From: Adineta vaga
Lineage: Eukaryota > Animalia > Rotifera
DNA: 64,000 nucleotides
NCBI GenBank assembly: GCA_021613535.1
Contig: CP075494.1
Span: 806,001-870,000 of the forward strand
Direction of reading: 5' to 3'
Every line of letters begins with the position of its first letter. The first letter of the stretch is position 1. A model generated the notes under the pieces. The model saw only the letters and a program-made list of their open reading frames with translations. It did no database searches and was not told where the DNA came from. A program made the position numbers and the translations under genes. Positions 47,579 through 61,869 of this stretch are shown here, piece by piece.

Positions 47579-50500
47579 ATGCCTACTCAATCAAAAGCAA
47601 GTCTACAAACGTTACCAGTTGAACTTGTTTATCGTGTTCTGGATCAACTTGATGTTCTAACTATATTCTGGTCATTACAATGTGTTTGTCAACGTTTAAA
47701 CACAATTCTCGATACTTATAAACGATATAGAGTATGTTTGAAATTTAGAAATATTTCATCCTTTACAAGTCATATGACATAGTTCATTCAATCAGTCTCC
47801 ACTGTCTCTTTAATTTAGACACTTGACACACTTTACTACTGTTGGAGAAACGGCAAGATCAACATTTCCGAGTGTCAGGTAAAGTCTCAGTTAATTAATC
47901 TATTGTTTCTTTTTGTTATTTTTCGAATATATTATAACAGAAATTATATCACAGAGAATATTAAAATTCTATAATTTTAAAATAGTCCTGCGAAGGTCTT
48001 TCTGTGATACGTTATTATCCTATTCCAATTGATGGTTGGCCTCCTCTAATTCGTTATTTGACTATGCCATTTCATCATCTGCATATTCCGATTCGTCACC
48101 TATCAGAAGTGTTACGATATAATACGGTAAGATTGACTAAATTAAATATAACTGTGACATCAGTATAATGAATCTTACAAAATCATCTATTTATAATTTA
48201 TACAGACACTAATTTCATTGAATTTGGTAAATTGTGTTATTGACAAGAAAAATGCACAATATCTAAGATCTGTATTAATACATAATAAAGTAAAATAAAT
48301 TTTTGTATTATTTCTATTGAAAGATTTGTTTTAGACACTGAAAAATCTTTATCTTCATAACAATACAATTGACAAACAAGCAATTCGTCATTTAGTAAAT
48401 GCATTGAAATCGAATTCAGTAAAAAGTTTTCCTTGTATATTTTGCATTTATTTGAGATTTTTTTAATATTTATTTAGACATTAACTAAATTAAGAATCAA
48501 TGCAATTGATACTGATGATGATCGTATGGAATATACTTTATTAGATTGTTTAATCGATGTTTTCGAACATAATTTGGTATATTTACTTTTTTTTCATTCT
48601 CAACTTGATAATATTCATATTATTTCTACTAGACAATCGAAGAATTAAACATTTATCCTTGGTTTCGCAATGATATTGCTGAAAAATTACGACAATTAGT
48701 TCAGATTAAACATGGACAAATAGTAGAAAAGATATTTCGAATCAAAATTTCATATATTATTTTATATTTGATGATAGACATCGACTGAATTGGATCTCAA
48801 TTCAATGCATCTAAGTGGAAGAGCAGTACAAGATATAACCAATGTATTAGAAAAAAAAATCAAATAAACTCTTGCCTTATCTTCTAATTCTCATGTACAT
48901 TGAATTGTCTTTTTATATAGATATTCGTTGATCTAAATCTTGTCTGGAATAAATTTAGTTTTCAAGGTATTAAATATTTAAGCGGTGTATTAGAACGAAA
49001 TCAAGTAAGATGCAATATTAATTCATCTTTTTTTTTCAACAAATCTTTTTTTATCAAATGTAGACACTTGTTACATTGAATTTGGATAATAATAAAATAA
49101 ATGCTGATGATGTATGGTATTTATCGAATGCATTGAAAAGAAATAAAGTAGGGATCATCTATATAAGGTAAATCTTTGTTATAAATCAATTTTAGACACT
49201 TAGTTACTTGAGTCTTAATTATAACGAAATTGGCAATAATGGTGCTCGACATTTAGCAGAATTATTAAAAATAAATAATGTTAGATTAATTAAATTCTCT
49301 GTTATTTTACATTTATATGATTTCTCTTTAGACACTTACTTATTTAAGTCTCTTTTGCAATAATATTACTAATCAAGGTCATTTATATTTAATAAATGCT
49401 CTTCAATATAATAGGGTAAATAGTTTATATGATTTCTTTTGAATTGACATATATCTCATTTAGACATTAACGGAATTATTACTAAATAATGATTCATATT
49501 GTCGTTTGAAAAAGCCATTAATCGATAAAATTCGTCAAATAAACGTATTTGACAATTTCGTTTAATGAACGTATATTCTTCTAGTTGAATCATTTATCTA
49601 GACACTTACTACGATAGATTTGAGTAAAAGTGAAATATCTGATTTCCTTATGGGATTATTTATTATTGCAATGAAAAATAGTTCGGTAAGAGTAATTATT
49701 CGATTAATCGATTTTAAATAAGAACAATAGTTGAAAGAATTTTTGTCTGATATTTTAATAATAGATATTAATTGATTTGAATCTTGAAGGAAATAATATC
49801 GATAATCGTAATGCACAATATTTAAGTAATATGATCAAAGAAAATAAAGTAAAATCGATTTTCTACGTCTTGTTTTTTCTTATTATTGTCTCAATTGAAT
49901 TCAGACACTTCAAATATTAAATCTTCGAAATAATCGGATGTGTAAGATTGGTACAGAATATTTAGCTGAAGCATTAAAAATCAATTCAGTAAAATTAATT
50001 TTCTATTTTGCCTTAATATTTATATATTTTATTGAAAATAGACACTTCAAATATTAAATCTTCAAGAGAATGGAATTGGAGATGATGGTGCAGAATATTT
50101 AGCTGATTCATTAAAAATTAATATAGTATAAAAATCAATTGTTCTATTTCTTCTATTTTCATTTTACTGAAAACAGACGCTTCAAATATTATATCTTCAA
50201 AATAATCGAATCTCTGATAATGGTGCAAAACATTTAGTTGCAGCGTTAGAAATAAATAAAGTAAATGAATTTTTCTCTCGGTCTATATCATATATATATA
50301 TGTCCTTTTCTTGAAAATAGTCACTCATTATATTGAATCTTACAGATAATAAGATTGATAAGGAAAAAGAATATTATTTATTAAATTGTATAATATTTAG
50401 AAACTGAAAGAACTTTATATCAACAACGACAGAAATCTTGTTGAAATATCAAAATTGTTAATTAATGCAAGAAATCAAATGAAAGTAAAATAAACACTTT

Positions 50501-52837
50501 CTAACGACTTTTTTATATTGTTTAATTAAAGACATTTGCATCAGACATCGATCTCAGTAACAAGTCACTTTGCAATACAGATATACGAGTGTTAGCAGAT
50601 GAATTACGAACTAATACTGTAGGATTGACTTATTATATTGATCTAAATAAATCTATGATATATTTAGACACTTGAAATACTTAATCTTTCTAATAATAAA
50701 ATTGATTTGAAAGGTGTAGAATATTTAGGTGATGCATTAAAAACAAATACAGTAAGAGAATTTTCTATTCTATTTCATCATTTTTTATGTTTTACTGGAA
50801 ATAGACACTGAAAATATTGAATCTTACAGCTAATAAGATTGATAACGAAGGAGAATATTATTTATTAAATTGTATACTTCATAATACAGTAAGATAAATA
50901 TGTTATTTAATCTATAGTTTCTGTATCAATAAAATTTAGACATTAAAAAAATTGTTTGTTAATAATGATAGAAATCTTGTTGAAAGATCAAAATTGTTAA
51001 TTAATGCAAGAAATCAAATGAAAGTAAAATAAATACTTTCTAACGACTTTTTCTTATATTGTTCAATTAAAGACATCTACGAGTATCGATCTTAGTAACA
51101 AATCACTTTACAATGCAGATATACGAGTGTTAGCAGATGAATTACGATCTAATACTGTATAATTGACTTATTACATCTTTTTCATTGATTTTTGTTCAAA
51201 TGAATATGTGATAGACACTTACTATCCTAAATCTTGCTCAAAATAAGTTCAGCGAAGGTGGTTTAAGATATCTCTGTTGGGCATTGAAAAAAAATCGAGT
51301 AAAATAAAATTTCATTTTCTAATTTAATATAAATTCATTCAATTCAGACACTTTTAATATTAAATATCGAAGAGAATCAATTCAAGGATTATTATATGGA
51401 GAGTTCTTGGAGATTTTATAAAACAAATAGAGTAATATTATTTAACAATCAATCAAACTCAACATATTGAGATCATTCATTTTAGATATGTACAATATTT
51501 TTCTGGAATTATGATCAACAAAATAATTGTCATTTATTATCATCTATAAATGAATTTGATGTAAGATAGATGCTTTATTTATTATATTTATATTATGAAT
51601 TATTATTATAGAATACATTAGATTTTCCAAATAATCAAATGATGAGTGTCGGTGATATGTACGATATTTGTCATCAATTACCATTTTTAGAAGTAAAATT
51701 TGATTATTTAATTATTTAATTTAAATGGATGTCTGTTTAGAGAGTAACAACATTAAATTTTCAAAATTGTCAAATAACTGATGAAGGATTTAAATATTTA
51801 ATTAATATATTAAGAATTAATCGAGTAATTTTCGTAATAGATTGAATTATTCTTTCTACATAAATCTTTTTAGACAATTCTTACGATTAATTTACAAAAT
51901 AATTTAATAACCGATCGATATACGTGTATCTCACCTTTAGCTTATGCTTTAGCACATAATCAAGTGAGTTTTAATAAGAAAATATCTCAAAATCTTTATT
52001 TATAATGAGATTTAGACATTGAAAACATTAAATTTGGAAGGAAATGATATATCGAATGAAAAGACACATCTTCTCGCTGATTGTATACGACAAACTACAG
52101 TAAATAAAACCAATTATTTACATTTTTTTAATTTAATTTTCCTTGAAATATAGCCACTTATTGGATTAACATTCGAAAGAAATGCTATTATTGATCAAGA
52201 GTTACAAGAATTAATTGATTCATTACAAAATCATAGAACAACATGGAATCTTCAAGATAAAAGAATAGACGTACGGGCTTTACGTATTATAATAAAAGCA
52301 CTTCGCAATAATAAAGTAAGTGAAATATTTTTCTTTCTTTAATTTATATGCTTTAATACAGAGAGTTACTGAATTGAATCTTTCAAACAATGGAATTAGT
52401 AATAAAGGTGCGCAAATGATTGCTCATATGTTACGAAATAATAAAGTATGATTATAGAATGATTCATGTGTATGGATGCATATATAAGATCTCATTTTAG
52501 ACACTTGTGATAATCAATCTTCAACAAAATCGAATTGGTGATATAGGAGTGAAGTGTTTAGCAAAAGTTTTAGAAAAAAATCAAGTAAAGATTAGAATAT
52601 GATAATTATTCATCTTTTTAATATTGAATTCAGATATTAACACGTCTTGATCTTGGATCGAATCGTATTACTGATCAAGGTGAACTAGATTTAGTAAAGA
52701 GTTTACAAAGAAATCAAGTAAAATCTATTTATTTTGTTATTAATCTTATAGTTTTTGTATAGACATGTCAAGTGTTGAATTTAAGTGGAAATAACATTAA
52801 GGATAATGATTTGATCAGACATATTAATCAAATATGA
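47579..52837 (+). CDS. F-box plus ribonuclease-inhibitor-type LRR protein, about 37 exons (some exons defective)
   Basis: F-box LQTLPVELVYRVLDQL, then ~84-nt phase-0 exons TLxxLxLxxNxIxxxGxxxLxxxLxxN separated by 45-65-nt GT-AG introns. Confidence 0.85.
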
Positions 52838-52991
52838 GAACGATAAAACTTTTTTGATCAATTGAAGTTTTATCCAATTCACTTTTGGTTATTAATACAT
52901 TTTTTTATTCTATAGTAAATAAGAAATACAAACAAATAGATATTGAAGAAGTTCTAATTAAATGTCTGTTTGAAATACATGTTGAATATTT

Positions 52992-53617
52992 CTAATCTAT
53001 TAATGTTGCATATTCTTCAAGACGAATTTCTTGAATTTCAGGCATTTGAGTTAAGTCTTCAATAAGAATTTTTGTTGCATTTTTCAGATGTATCAGATTA
53101 CTTATCCAAAAATATTGTGGTTCTCCTTCATAATCTTGAGATCGTTTACGTAGAAAATCACGAATAGGTTTTTGTGATCTATCAGCATGTTGCGTTAAGT
53201 ATTGTACTAAGAGTGTCGCTCGCGTCTCACGATCTAGTTTATCATAATCTTTGGGAAGTTCTTTCAATGGATCTATTGGATCTAAGACTCTAATCATAAT
53301 AGTAGCATGATTATTGTTTTCTAAATAATTTTGTAGTTTATTATTTATTTTCCCATTGCTCTTATCTGGAATAATTAATGATGAACCATTTTGATCTTTC
53401 AAAGAATCTATGAAAATAAACAAATATTTATATTAATTTAATTCATCTTCATCTTATAGAAATTATAGATCAACTCAATAATTCACAATAGTATTCATTA
53501 TTAGTAGAAGTTCTGGTAATAAAAAAGCGACCGAATCATACCATTTAATGTTCGACCATTCGCGACAACAATTTCATATAGAAACATGATCGAGACGATT
53601 GTGTTGATATTGACCAT
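52992..53617 (-). CDS. Secreted stand-alone subtilisin propeptide (I9-like inhibitor) protein
   Basis: Signal exon MVNINTIVSIMFLYEIVVANG; exon 2 LVQYLTQHADRSQKPIRDFL...FWISNLIHLKNATKILIEDLTQMPEIQEIRLEE, then stop. Confidence 0.7.
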
Positions 53618-54342
53618 TTGTTTATAATCACTATTCGATAAATGGAGCTGGATATATATAAATAATCGAGAGAAAATTGACAAATGTGATTTAGAAGTTA
53701 TGCACTGTCATCTATATATACGATACGATCACAATGAAGAAGAAATGTATAACTTTTTCCCTTGTCTGTGTCATGAGTCACTTTTCCCTTGTCTATGTCA
53801 TGAGTCAATTTTTTCGTTCTCTATGTCCCACTTTCCCTTGTTATGAAGGATATATGAGGACCAATAAAAAATCATCCTTTACGCCGATGAGATTTATTAA
53901 TAGAAATTTTAGTCTCAATCTATCTCATATGACATATGAATCAGTAGAAAATTCTACTTCAGATCTATTCCATCCTTGATTTTATTTCAATCTGTTTTTC
54001 TCCTTAAATAACTTGAGGTTGAGAGTATGAATGAGAAAGTAATACTCATTCTTAGAATACAATGAATTTATGATAAAGAAACAATAACTTTTGGTATATT
54101 TTTATTATTTAGAAAAGATATGTGTTCATTAATCGATGACATACATCACAATTTTCTTTCAGAAAGAAAAAGAGAATAACAGCAAATTCAGAAATAATGT
54201 AACACATCATTAATATGTCATGTAATGACATCGTATTGAACTTTCTATGTTTTTTACAATCTTTGCGATAGTCACTTTCGAAACAATAGATAAGCTAGTC
54301 TTTTATTTTTATATATTCTTTTGTTTTAAAAACGAAGGTACG

Positions 54343-54924
54343 ATGACAAAAGAAACTGACCACAAATTACAAGAAGAATCTCGTAGTTATCAACGTATAG
54401 ACTTGGACCATTAAGGATAGTTTCGATTATTCTAACAATTCTTATATTAGCATTAGCTTTTTTCAATCGATTATCAATAAAGTAATCGAAACAATGTATC
54501 ATTGGAAAATCATATTAGTTTTACTTTACAACTTTTATTTCTTGATATTTTTCTGTTGTTTATAGCTATTTGTGCAGTAATTCGACGGCGTACATCGACT
54601 AGTGCTATTAATTCAATGGATCCAAGAGAAGAAATATTAGTTGAACAACGACAACGTATTTTACAAAATACATTAGAACAATTATTAATTCAATTAAGTC
54701 TTTCATTAGTTTTATGTACTATATTAAAATCAAATGAATTTATTCTTTTACCTATTTATACAATTCTATTCATAATCGGTCGATTTACATTTGCTCTTGG
54801 ATATCCAAATTATCGATCATTTGGAATGACAATGAATATTGCTAGTGCTATTCTTATAATAGTATTAATTAATTATTGTTTATTTGTCGAACGAAGTCTT
54901 TTTCAATATATAAAATTCAAATAA
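54343..54924 (+). CDS. MAPEG/TMEM79-like membrane protein
   Basis: AVIRRR...QRILQNTLEQ...FIIGRFTFALGYPNYRSFG; short first exon MTKETDHKLQEESRSYQ. Confidence 0.75.
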
Positions 54925-55355
54925 AAGTTTAGTTTTTCATTTTCATTCATAACAGAAAAAGAATTTATTTCTATTCATTAACCCGTTAAGTTCCATAGTA
55001 GTATTTTTGCTACACATGCTTTATAAAAACTTGCATAAGTTTTGTAGTTAATAAACACAAGAGATAAACTATCAATTGACATATGGTAAAATTCAATGAA
55101 GTTAAACACAGTAAACTAAGAGCATAGTTATCGGAGTTCTTCGTACCATATGCTCTCCGTCTAGAACGAGCTAATTTCGGACTCAAACGATTAAATTGCG
55201 ACGACATTTGCTTTTTCTTTCTATGATAACATTCGCCTTATAGAAATTCATAATTAATTTCAGAAGTTTTTCAGCCAACGATCCAAGACATATCTTAGAC
55301 AATCGAAGCGCTTTTTCATTTTTAAAGGCGAGATGAAAAGCAGATATTTTATATT

Positions 55356-55412
55356 CATCTTGAGGGTGTGAGTGAAGGTGTAAAACGTTCACCGCACCTA
55401 CACCCTCACGAT
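55356..55412. repeat. Telomeric-repeat palindrome copy with both termini
   Basis: CATCTTGAGGGTGTGAGTG ... CACCTACACCCTCACGAT. Confidence 0.8.
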
Positions 55413-55788
55413 CTGGTATTTTCCTTTGATCTTTCGTTCTACACATATATGGTATACTACCTCGATTCTTTTTTGTTCATGAAAGAGAAAAACGAATAAC
55501 ATATAGTATCCACATAATTTTAAATAAATCATCATTTGTTTCTAACTATCAAACTCAATTCTTTCGATCATACAAGAATTGCTGTAACAATATTGCTTCG
55601 TCAAAGGAACGAAACATAAGATTAATTACTGACGATGGCAATGAACGATGAATTTATTATTGAAAAACTAGAAATGTGCAATGTTTTCTTTTTTCATTTG
55701 AGTTTCAGAAAAAAGAGGGAAATACGAAGAATGGGTAGCAAGGTGTCATATGTTATTGTTCTGTGGATGATCTTGTTGGCTTATATCA

Positions 55789-56831
55789 CTATTGAATACG
55801 ATTCATTTGTATATTGTTCTGCAACGATGAATTTTGAAGTGTTTGAACATTAGCTGCATGCACGAGATTTTGATCGTAAGGCAAGCATCGTCTAACAATT
55901 TTCAAGATTTCTTTTCGAAAAATGCTGCCAGTTAATGTAAACATATAAAAGCTAGTTGAATGAGCAAAATATGACAGCACACCTGCTATTCTACCAGCTG
56001 AATTTTCTTGAACAACTCGAAGTGTATCCTTAACCATATTGTTAGTGAATAATACATAAATTTGAAAAACTGAATTCGCTCCACTGCAGATTATAATTAC
56101 AAATACTTGAGCGGATAACATACGTAGAAGTTCAACATTTGTTCGTGAAGTAATTCGATTATGGTTAACATTTTGTGGAATGATACGTTGACGTAAATGA
56201 ATATTTCTCAGTGTGAGACAACCAAAAATAATCATTACCAACGATGGAAAAAATGAATAAAAAAGTAAATGCCATATTGTAATGAATGTTGAATAAGTAC
56301 TATCTTGAATACTACATGAATATACTATAATTCCGGATGGCCGTTGTATTTGTATTAAATTATAGAATATAATCATATGACAATATAAAATAGGAATTAT
56401 AATACAAATGAATCCAACTGATAATTTTGCAACTTTTAATGAACTCATACGACGTATAGATGTATTATGTGAACTATGAAGATATCGATCAATACATGCC
56501 ATAGAAATTAACCAACATGATATTGCACGTGTGAAATAAAAAATAAAAAATTGTATTTTACACTACTCAGCATTGTAAGCAGCTAGATCTATACTAAAAT
56601 TGTTCCAAACTAAGCGAATAGGAAGTATAACCAATATAACAAACAAATTGAAAAATGTTGATGATAAAAAAAAATTGAACATGGTATTCCACGCAATGAT
56701 GGACGAGTAAAAACAAAAATATTGAAAGTAAGACCAATTACACCTAACGTAAAACTAACAAAATACAAAATGCAAACAACGACTGTTGTTATTGTATTTA
56801 TTTGTTGAACAATTTGATCAATAGATGACAT
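55789..56831 (-). pseudogene. Rhodopsin-like GPCR pseudogene
   Basis: 7TM motifs (GLTFNIFVF, MACIDRY, SFYMFTLTGSIFR). Frameshift in a T9 run near 56666-56674 plus in-frame TAG at 56563-56565. Confidence 0.8.
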
Positions 56832-57386
56832 GTTAACTATTGAATAATATGATCTTTTGATTTCAATCTAAATATGAAAAGAAGAGTAACTTAATCAAAA
56901 GTCGTCTCGCCTTTATTTCTAAACTGATCTTCGTAATTCACTTACAACAAGTAAATTAAAATGTGAATATCTTATGAACATACCTAAGAATTATATAATA
57001 AAATTTTTTTTATAATAATTAGCGGAAGAAATTGCGCTGTCTTGAGGATAAATAAGGCTGCGAGCATGTAATAAAGACAACATTAATTGCCATCACAGAT
57101 ATTTATATGGCTTAGATTAATAATCTCTCTTCATGAAAGAACACTCATATCATTGAATTGTTTATCGAAACTATCAGTTAAAATCGTTGTTTTTTTGCTA
57201 ATATATCGCTACTATTCATGAAAGAAATCTGATTCTAACATGTTCTAAGAATTTATACTAAATTTGTCATTATACGGTAATACTATAACGAATGATTAGT
57301 TATTTATAATATCATCTTGAATTGAAAATAACTTATCTGTACATATAATTTCCTTTTCTGAAAGAATAAAGGGTTTTACAGTGTTA

Positions 57387-57436
57387 GAGAGTGTGGATGA
57401 AGATACAGTAAAAACCAACCTCACCCACACCCTCAA
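57387..57436. repeat. Telomeric-repeat palindrome copy (degenerate left arm)
   Basis: GAGAGTGTGGATG ... CCTCACCCACACCCTCAA. Confidence 0.7.
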
Positions 57437-57521
57437 AGAAAAAGCATAAACACCGGTGTCAACAGCATTTGTCAAAAAACATCGACTATATCGAGAATTT
57501 TCATGACAGATTTATGAGATT

Positions 57522-59135
57522 TTATCTTCGACGATAATTTTTCTTTCGATGCCATCGATTATCCACACAAAGTTGAATCGGTGATAACGGTTCAGAGCTT
57601 ACTTTTGATGATTGATTTTTCTTGATATTCTTAGTTTCTTTTCTTATTGTCCATAGGTTAATTAATTTTTCTTCGATCTTATCAATAGGAATTGAATTCG
57701 TCGTTGATTTGTTTTTATTTGTGATCAATAAGTAAATTTTATTGGATTTGTCTTTATCTTATATTTTAGCGAGTTTCTTTTTAATTTTCCTTGCAGAAGA
57801 ATAATTCATAATTTATATATTAATATTATATTGATTCTGTAAATTACGTAAATGTTGACCATTTTTTCCAATGAAATAACCAAGTTTTCTTCGGTATCTT
57901 AGAAAAGGCTTTTTCGATTCGTTTGAAAGAGATACGAGATGAAATAATTCATCATCAATAGGTTCGATATTTGCTTCTTTCCATTTTTCAATTATTTGTT
58001 CTTTGATTTCTTCAATAGGAATTTCATTTGTTATTGATTTGTCTTTTTTTGTAAGAAATAAATAAACAATCTCTGAATTATTTTCTTGAATTTCAATAAG
58101 TTTTTGAAAATATTTTTGATTAGAAGATTGATTATTGATAATATGTAAACGAATATTATATTTATCTTCTAAACTTCGTAAATTTTCTCCTTTTTTTCCG
58201 ATAAAACGACCAATTCTTGCACGACGTTCTCGAAAATCTGTTTCTAGTTCAAATGAAAGCGCCAAATCATAAGAAGATTTCAGTACTTTTGATTGAATTT
58301 CTTCACATATATTAATCAATACATTGATATCGATAATATTCAAACCTAAAATAAGGATAAATGTAATCATTTATTTTCAGAATAGAATATTTACCTGTTT
58401 TTCCATTACATGAACAACATCGTTTAGGTAATTCATAATAAATTTCTTTTGTATAACTCTTTCCACGTCGAATTAAATTAATCGCAGGTATCACTCGCTT
58501 CTCGTACAACTTAAATGTTACTGGATAAAGAGAACATACCTTTTAAGATTTCGTTTAGATCATATTCTTGATTGGCCGATGTATTTTGATAACGTGTACC
58601 TCTCGATGCGATCCGCATGTGAGGAATAGATGTGGTTTTCACGGTAGATGTTGCGTTTTTATTTATATCCTCATTATCACTTGTTGACTCTGAGTTGTGT
58701 GATTCTTCATCATCTGTTGGATCATTTAAATATTGATTATTTTCATTTTTTTCTTCTTCTTCTTCCGTTGACCAAAATCTAAATATGTTTAGATAAAAAA
58801 TATTCGATTGTTAATTTTGATAATTTAACAAACCTGTTCATATTTGATGAAAATCGAAATTTCAATGTGAAATCTATCGACATGACAATATCTTCACACA
58901 TTTCTCGTAGAATATTAAGATTGATAGTTTTGAATCCTTAATATATAAACTATATCAAGATGTTATGAATTAATTAGTTCTATTTACCTGTTTTTCCTTT
59001 ACATGAACAACATCGTTTTGGTAATTCTTGATAAACATTATTAGTAAACTTATTTTCACCACGAAGTCGATTAATAGTCGTATGAAAATTAGATAAATTC
59101 TTACGAGAATGTACAATACAATCGTTAGTTGCCAT
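57522..59135 (-). CDS. Multi-exon KH-domain RNA-binding protein; second KH interrupted by stops
   Basis: IGRFIGKKGENLRSLEDKYNIRLHI and LGYFIGKNGQHLRNLQNQYNINI (GxxG KH); duplicated ELPKRCCSCxGKTG exon. Confidence 0.65.
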
Positions 59136-60463
59136 TCGAATTGTAATATTCACTGAAAAATGACTCGCGAAATCTCTATTTAAATACAAAATATCATCAT
59201 ATAATAAAAGTAAAGAGAAAAATACCATGTATATGAGTAAAAGGAAAAAAAATGTCTTCAGTTGTGTAGTATTTGTTTTGATTCTAAAAAACGAATATTT
59301 AGTATAATATTATAAAACAATCGTTGATTTCTGATTTAAATAATCACATAAACTTGAAAACTAACGTAATAATTATAACCTAAAACAATGAATGTCATTG
59401 ATATACATAATTTAAATGTTCTCATAGTATTAACTTACATTTCGATCATACATAGAGTAAAAAAAGAAGGTCATGAGGGGTTATGGTAATATTATGTTTC
59501 AATGGTTAGAACGAATACAATGTTATGATAAACCATCACTTTCGGACCTCCGTATATTATTTGAAAAGAACTGTATGTTAAGTTGAAATCGAATTGATAT
59601 GGTGCAATAACTATTCGTCAGAGGACGAACGCAAAATTTATCAATATTATATGGGAAAATTTCCACGTAATTACTTTGTGAAATAAAAACGAAGAAAAGA
59701 AATATACTGAAATTGTTTTTCTATAAGTCAGAAAGACTGCGAACGAACAGACATATTAAGAGTGGGAGTGTTTGAATCCAGAAATTGAATTTATTTATTT
59801 ATTTTCTTATACATTAATCTACACCGTCATCTACGTAAATACTATTACAGGTGTTTTAGAAACATGAATTCCATATTGTGCAGAATTCTCATGATTAGGT
59901 CTGCTTCTCATCGTTAGTATTCCCATGAAATTTAAAACATTTCAGCAAATAACTTCATCGCTGATCTCATTCGTCTCCTTCTAACTGTGAAAATCACATG
60001 AATGCTCTTTTTAAGAGTAATGATCTTTCCATTCATCAGTTTTAGAGATACTCCATACTTGATTCGTGAATTTTATTACCCTCAATTTGTCATTGGTCAA
60101 TTTTATCAATTGCATAGTATTTGTTTTTCTACTCGATCTTTGATTTTAAAACAGACCATCACCCATGCTTTTTTCAGTTAAATTGATTTATAAAAAAATG
60201 GTCAAACATCTCAATGAACATTTTGAGTATTGATACAACTCTGTTGGCCAAAGTCAAAGGAAAAACACAATCTGTTGATTATTCAATGCAAATAGAAAGA
60301 CATTTATTTTTCGTTCTTCAACAAATAACTCCGAATAAAACGCTTATCATTTGTTGTCATATGACCATTACAAGTATTTTTATGTGTGTTATAGCTATAC
60401 AAAAACTCGATTTCTATGTCAATATTTTCTCTAACATGTTCCACGAATGTATTTCTAGATATA

Positions 60464-60892
60464 ATGAAGAAATATACGTTTGTCTTCGTCTTTTTCAATG
60501 CTCTTTTCATTTTAATTGCAGTAGGTAGTTCAACCTGTCCTCAACCAATTCCGTTTCCTTCCTGGATGATAGGCCATTTTCAGGCGCAATTTGCAGATGG
60601 TTCAACAGCTAATGAGACTTTTGAATTGTTATTTGCAAATATAACATATTCGAATGGTAACAACGGTACCTTAATAATGACAAAACCTTTGAATAAAAGT
60701 GACCATTTCTTCATTTGTTATGATTGTATTCATATTCAGGGTACAGAACCTCAACAACGCTGCTCACTTTTAGTACCTAATTGTAATGGGTACAAAAAGT
60801 ACGTTCACAAAACACCAGAACTGGTTTCTGTATGCCCTGAATCAACTTCATCGCCTGATGTTGTACCAGAAATCATCGAAAGAAATGGCTAG
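60464..60892 (+). CDS. Secreted cysteine-containing protein (142 aa), unknown
   Basis: Signal peptide MKKYTFVFVFFNALFILIAVG; six Cys; intronless. Confidence 0.7.
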   Translation: MKKYTFVFVFFNALFILIAVGSSTCPQPIPFPSWMIGHFQAQFADGSTANETFELLFANITYSNGNNGTLIMTKPLNKSDHFFICYDCIHIQGTEPQQRCSLLVPNCNGYKKYVHKTPELVSVCPESTSSPDVVPEIIERNG

Positions 60893-61568
60893 ATTGATAT
60901 ATCGACATTTTTCCAAAGAAATTTCCAAGCTTGCATTTTCAAAACATTCATTAGTTTTCATTTTTTACAGATCAATCACGAGAATTTCTTTTCAAATCTT
61001 GGATTATTTTAATTTTTATAAATAAAATGTTCAACATTTCTATCATATTCTTGTATTTAAATGCATTCGTCTATTCTGCTCTGAAAAATGTAATCACCAT
61101 TTTCTGTTTTGAGATATTTTTTTTCTATTAAACTATTCATTTCTGGTGAATTGTATTGATATACATAAAATAAGTTGGTGGACGCACAACGAGAAAATAT
61201 TGCTGAATCATATTCACATAATCATTAGTTTTTTTGAACTCTATATGCCGCTCTTGTTCTTTAAAATATAATTCTAAATAGTGTATGAAAAAGAAAGAAA
61301 AAAAGATCATTCAGAAGCGCTCTTGACAATTGTCTTTTCCTCTTCATAGGTTTTATACAATTTGTCTTTGATCATTATTTGTTAGTAGAGTTTGAAACGA
61401 GAACGGATCTATCTACTAAAAGACAAATGTAAATGCTATGATAGAAACACTAAAGTTCACCAACTTCTACGGAGACATTCAATAATGTTTTTAATATTAA
61501 AGGGTGAATTTCTTGAAATCGTGTGTAAAAATAACGAGCTTGAATTAAATGAACAAGTGACTTCGCAC

Positions 61569-61623
61569 TAGGGATGTAACAATACCAATACTCCAATACC
61601 GTATTGGTATTGTTACATCCCTA
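61569..61623. mobile_element. Mini palindromic element with hAT-like TAGGGATG termini (copy 2)
   Basis: TAGGGATGTAACAATACCAATAC-TCCAATACC-GTATTGGTATTGTTACATCCCTA, near-perfect hairpin. Confidence 0.8.
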
Positions 61624-61869
61624 GAACAAAGGTATTAATCAGTAGAAATCAATGTTTACGTCAGTATTAATGTCGTCGTTATGTTTCGTGCGATGAAAGA
61701 TGATGTCAAATCAGTAAATATACTGGAAGAAATGTACATGATTATATTTACTTGCTTTTTCAATTACTATTTTTATTTAAGTGTCACAATTTGTCGAGGA
61801 TGAGGCCATATTTTCAATTTGAGTTTCTAATAAGTTTTTGAACATGATTATTTTGATTATCAACAACAA

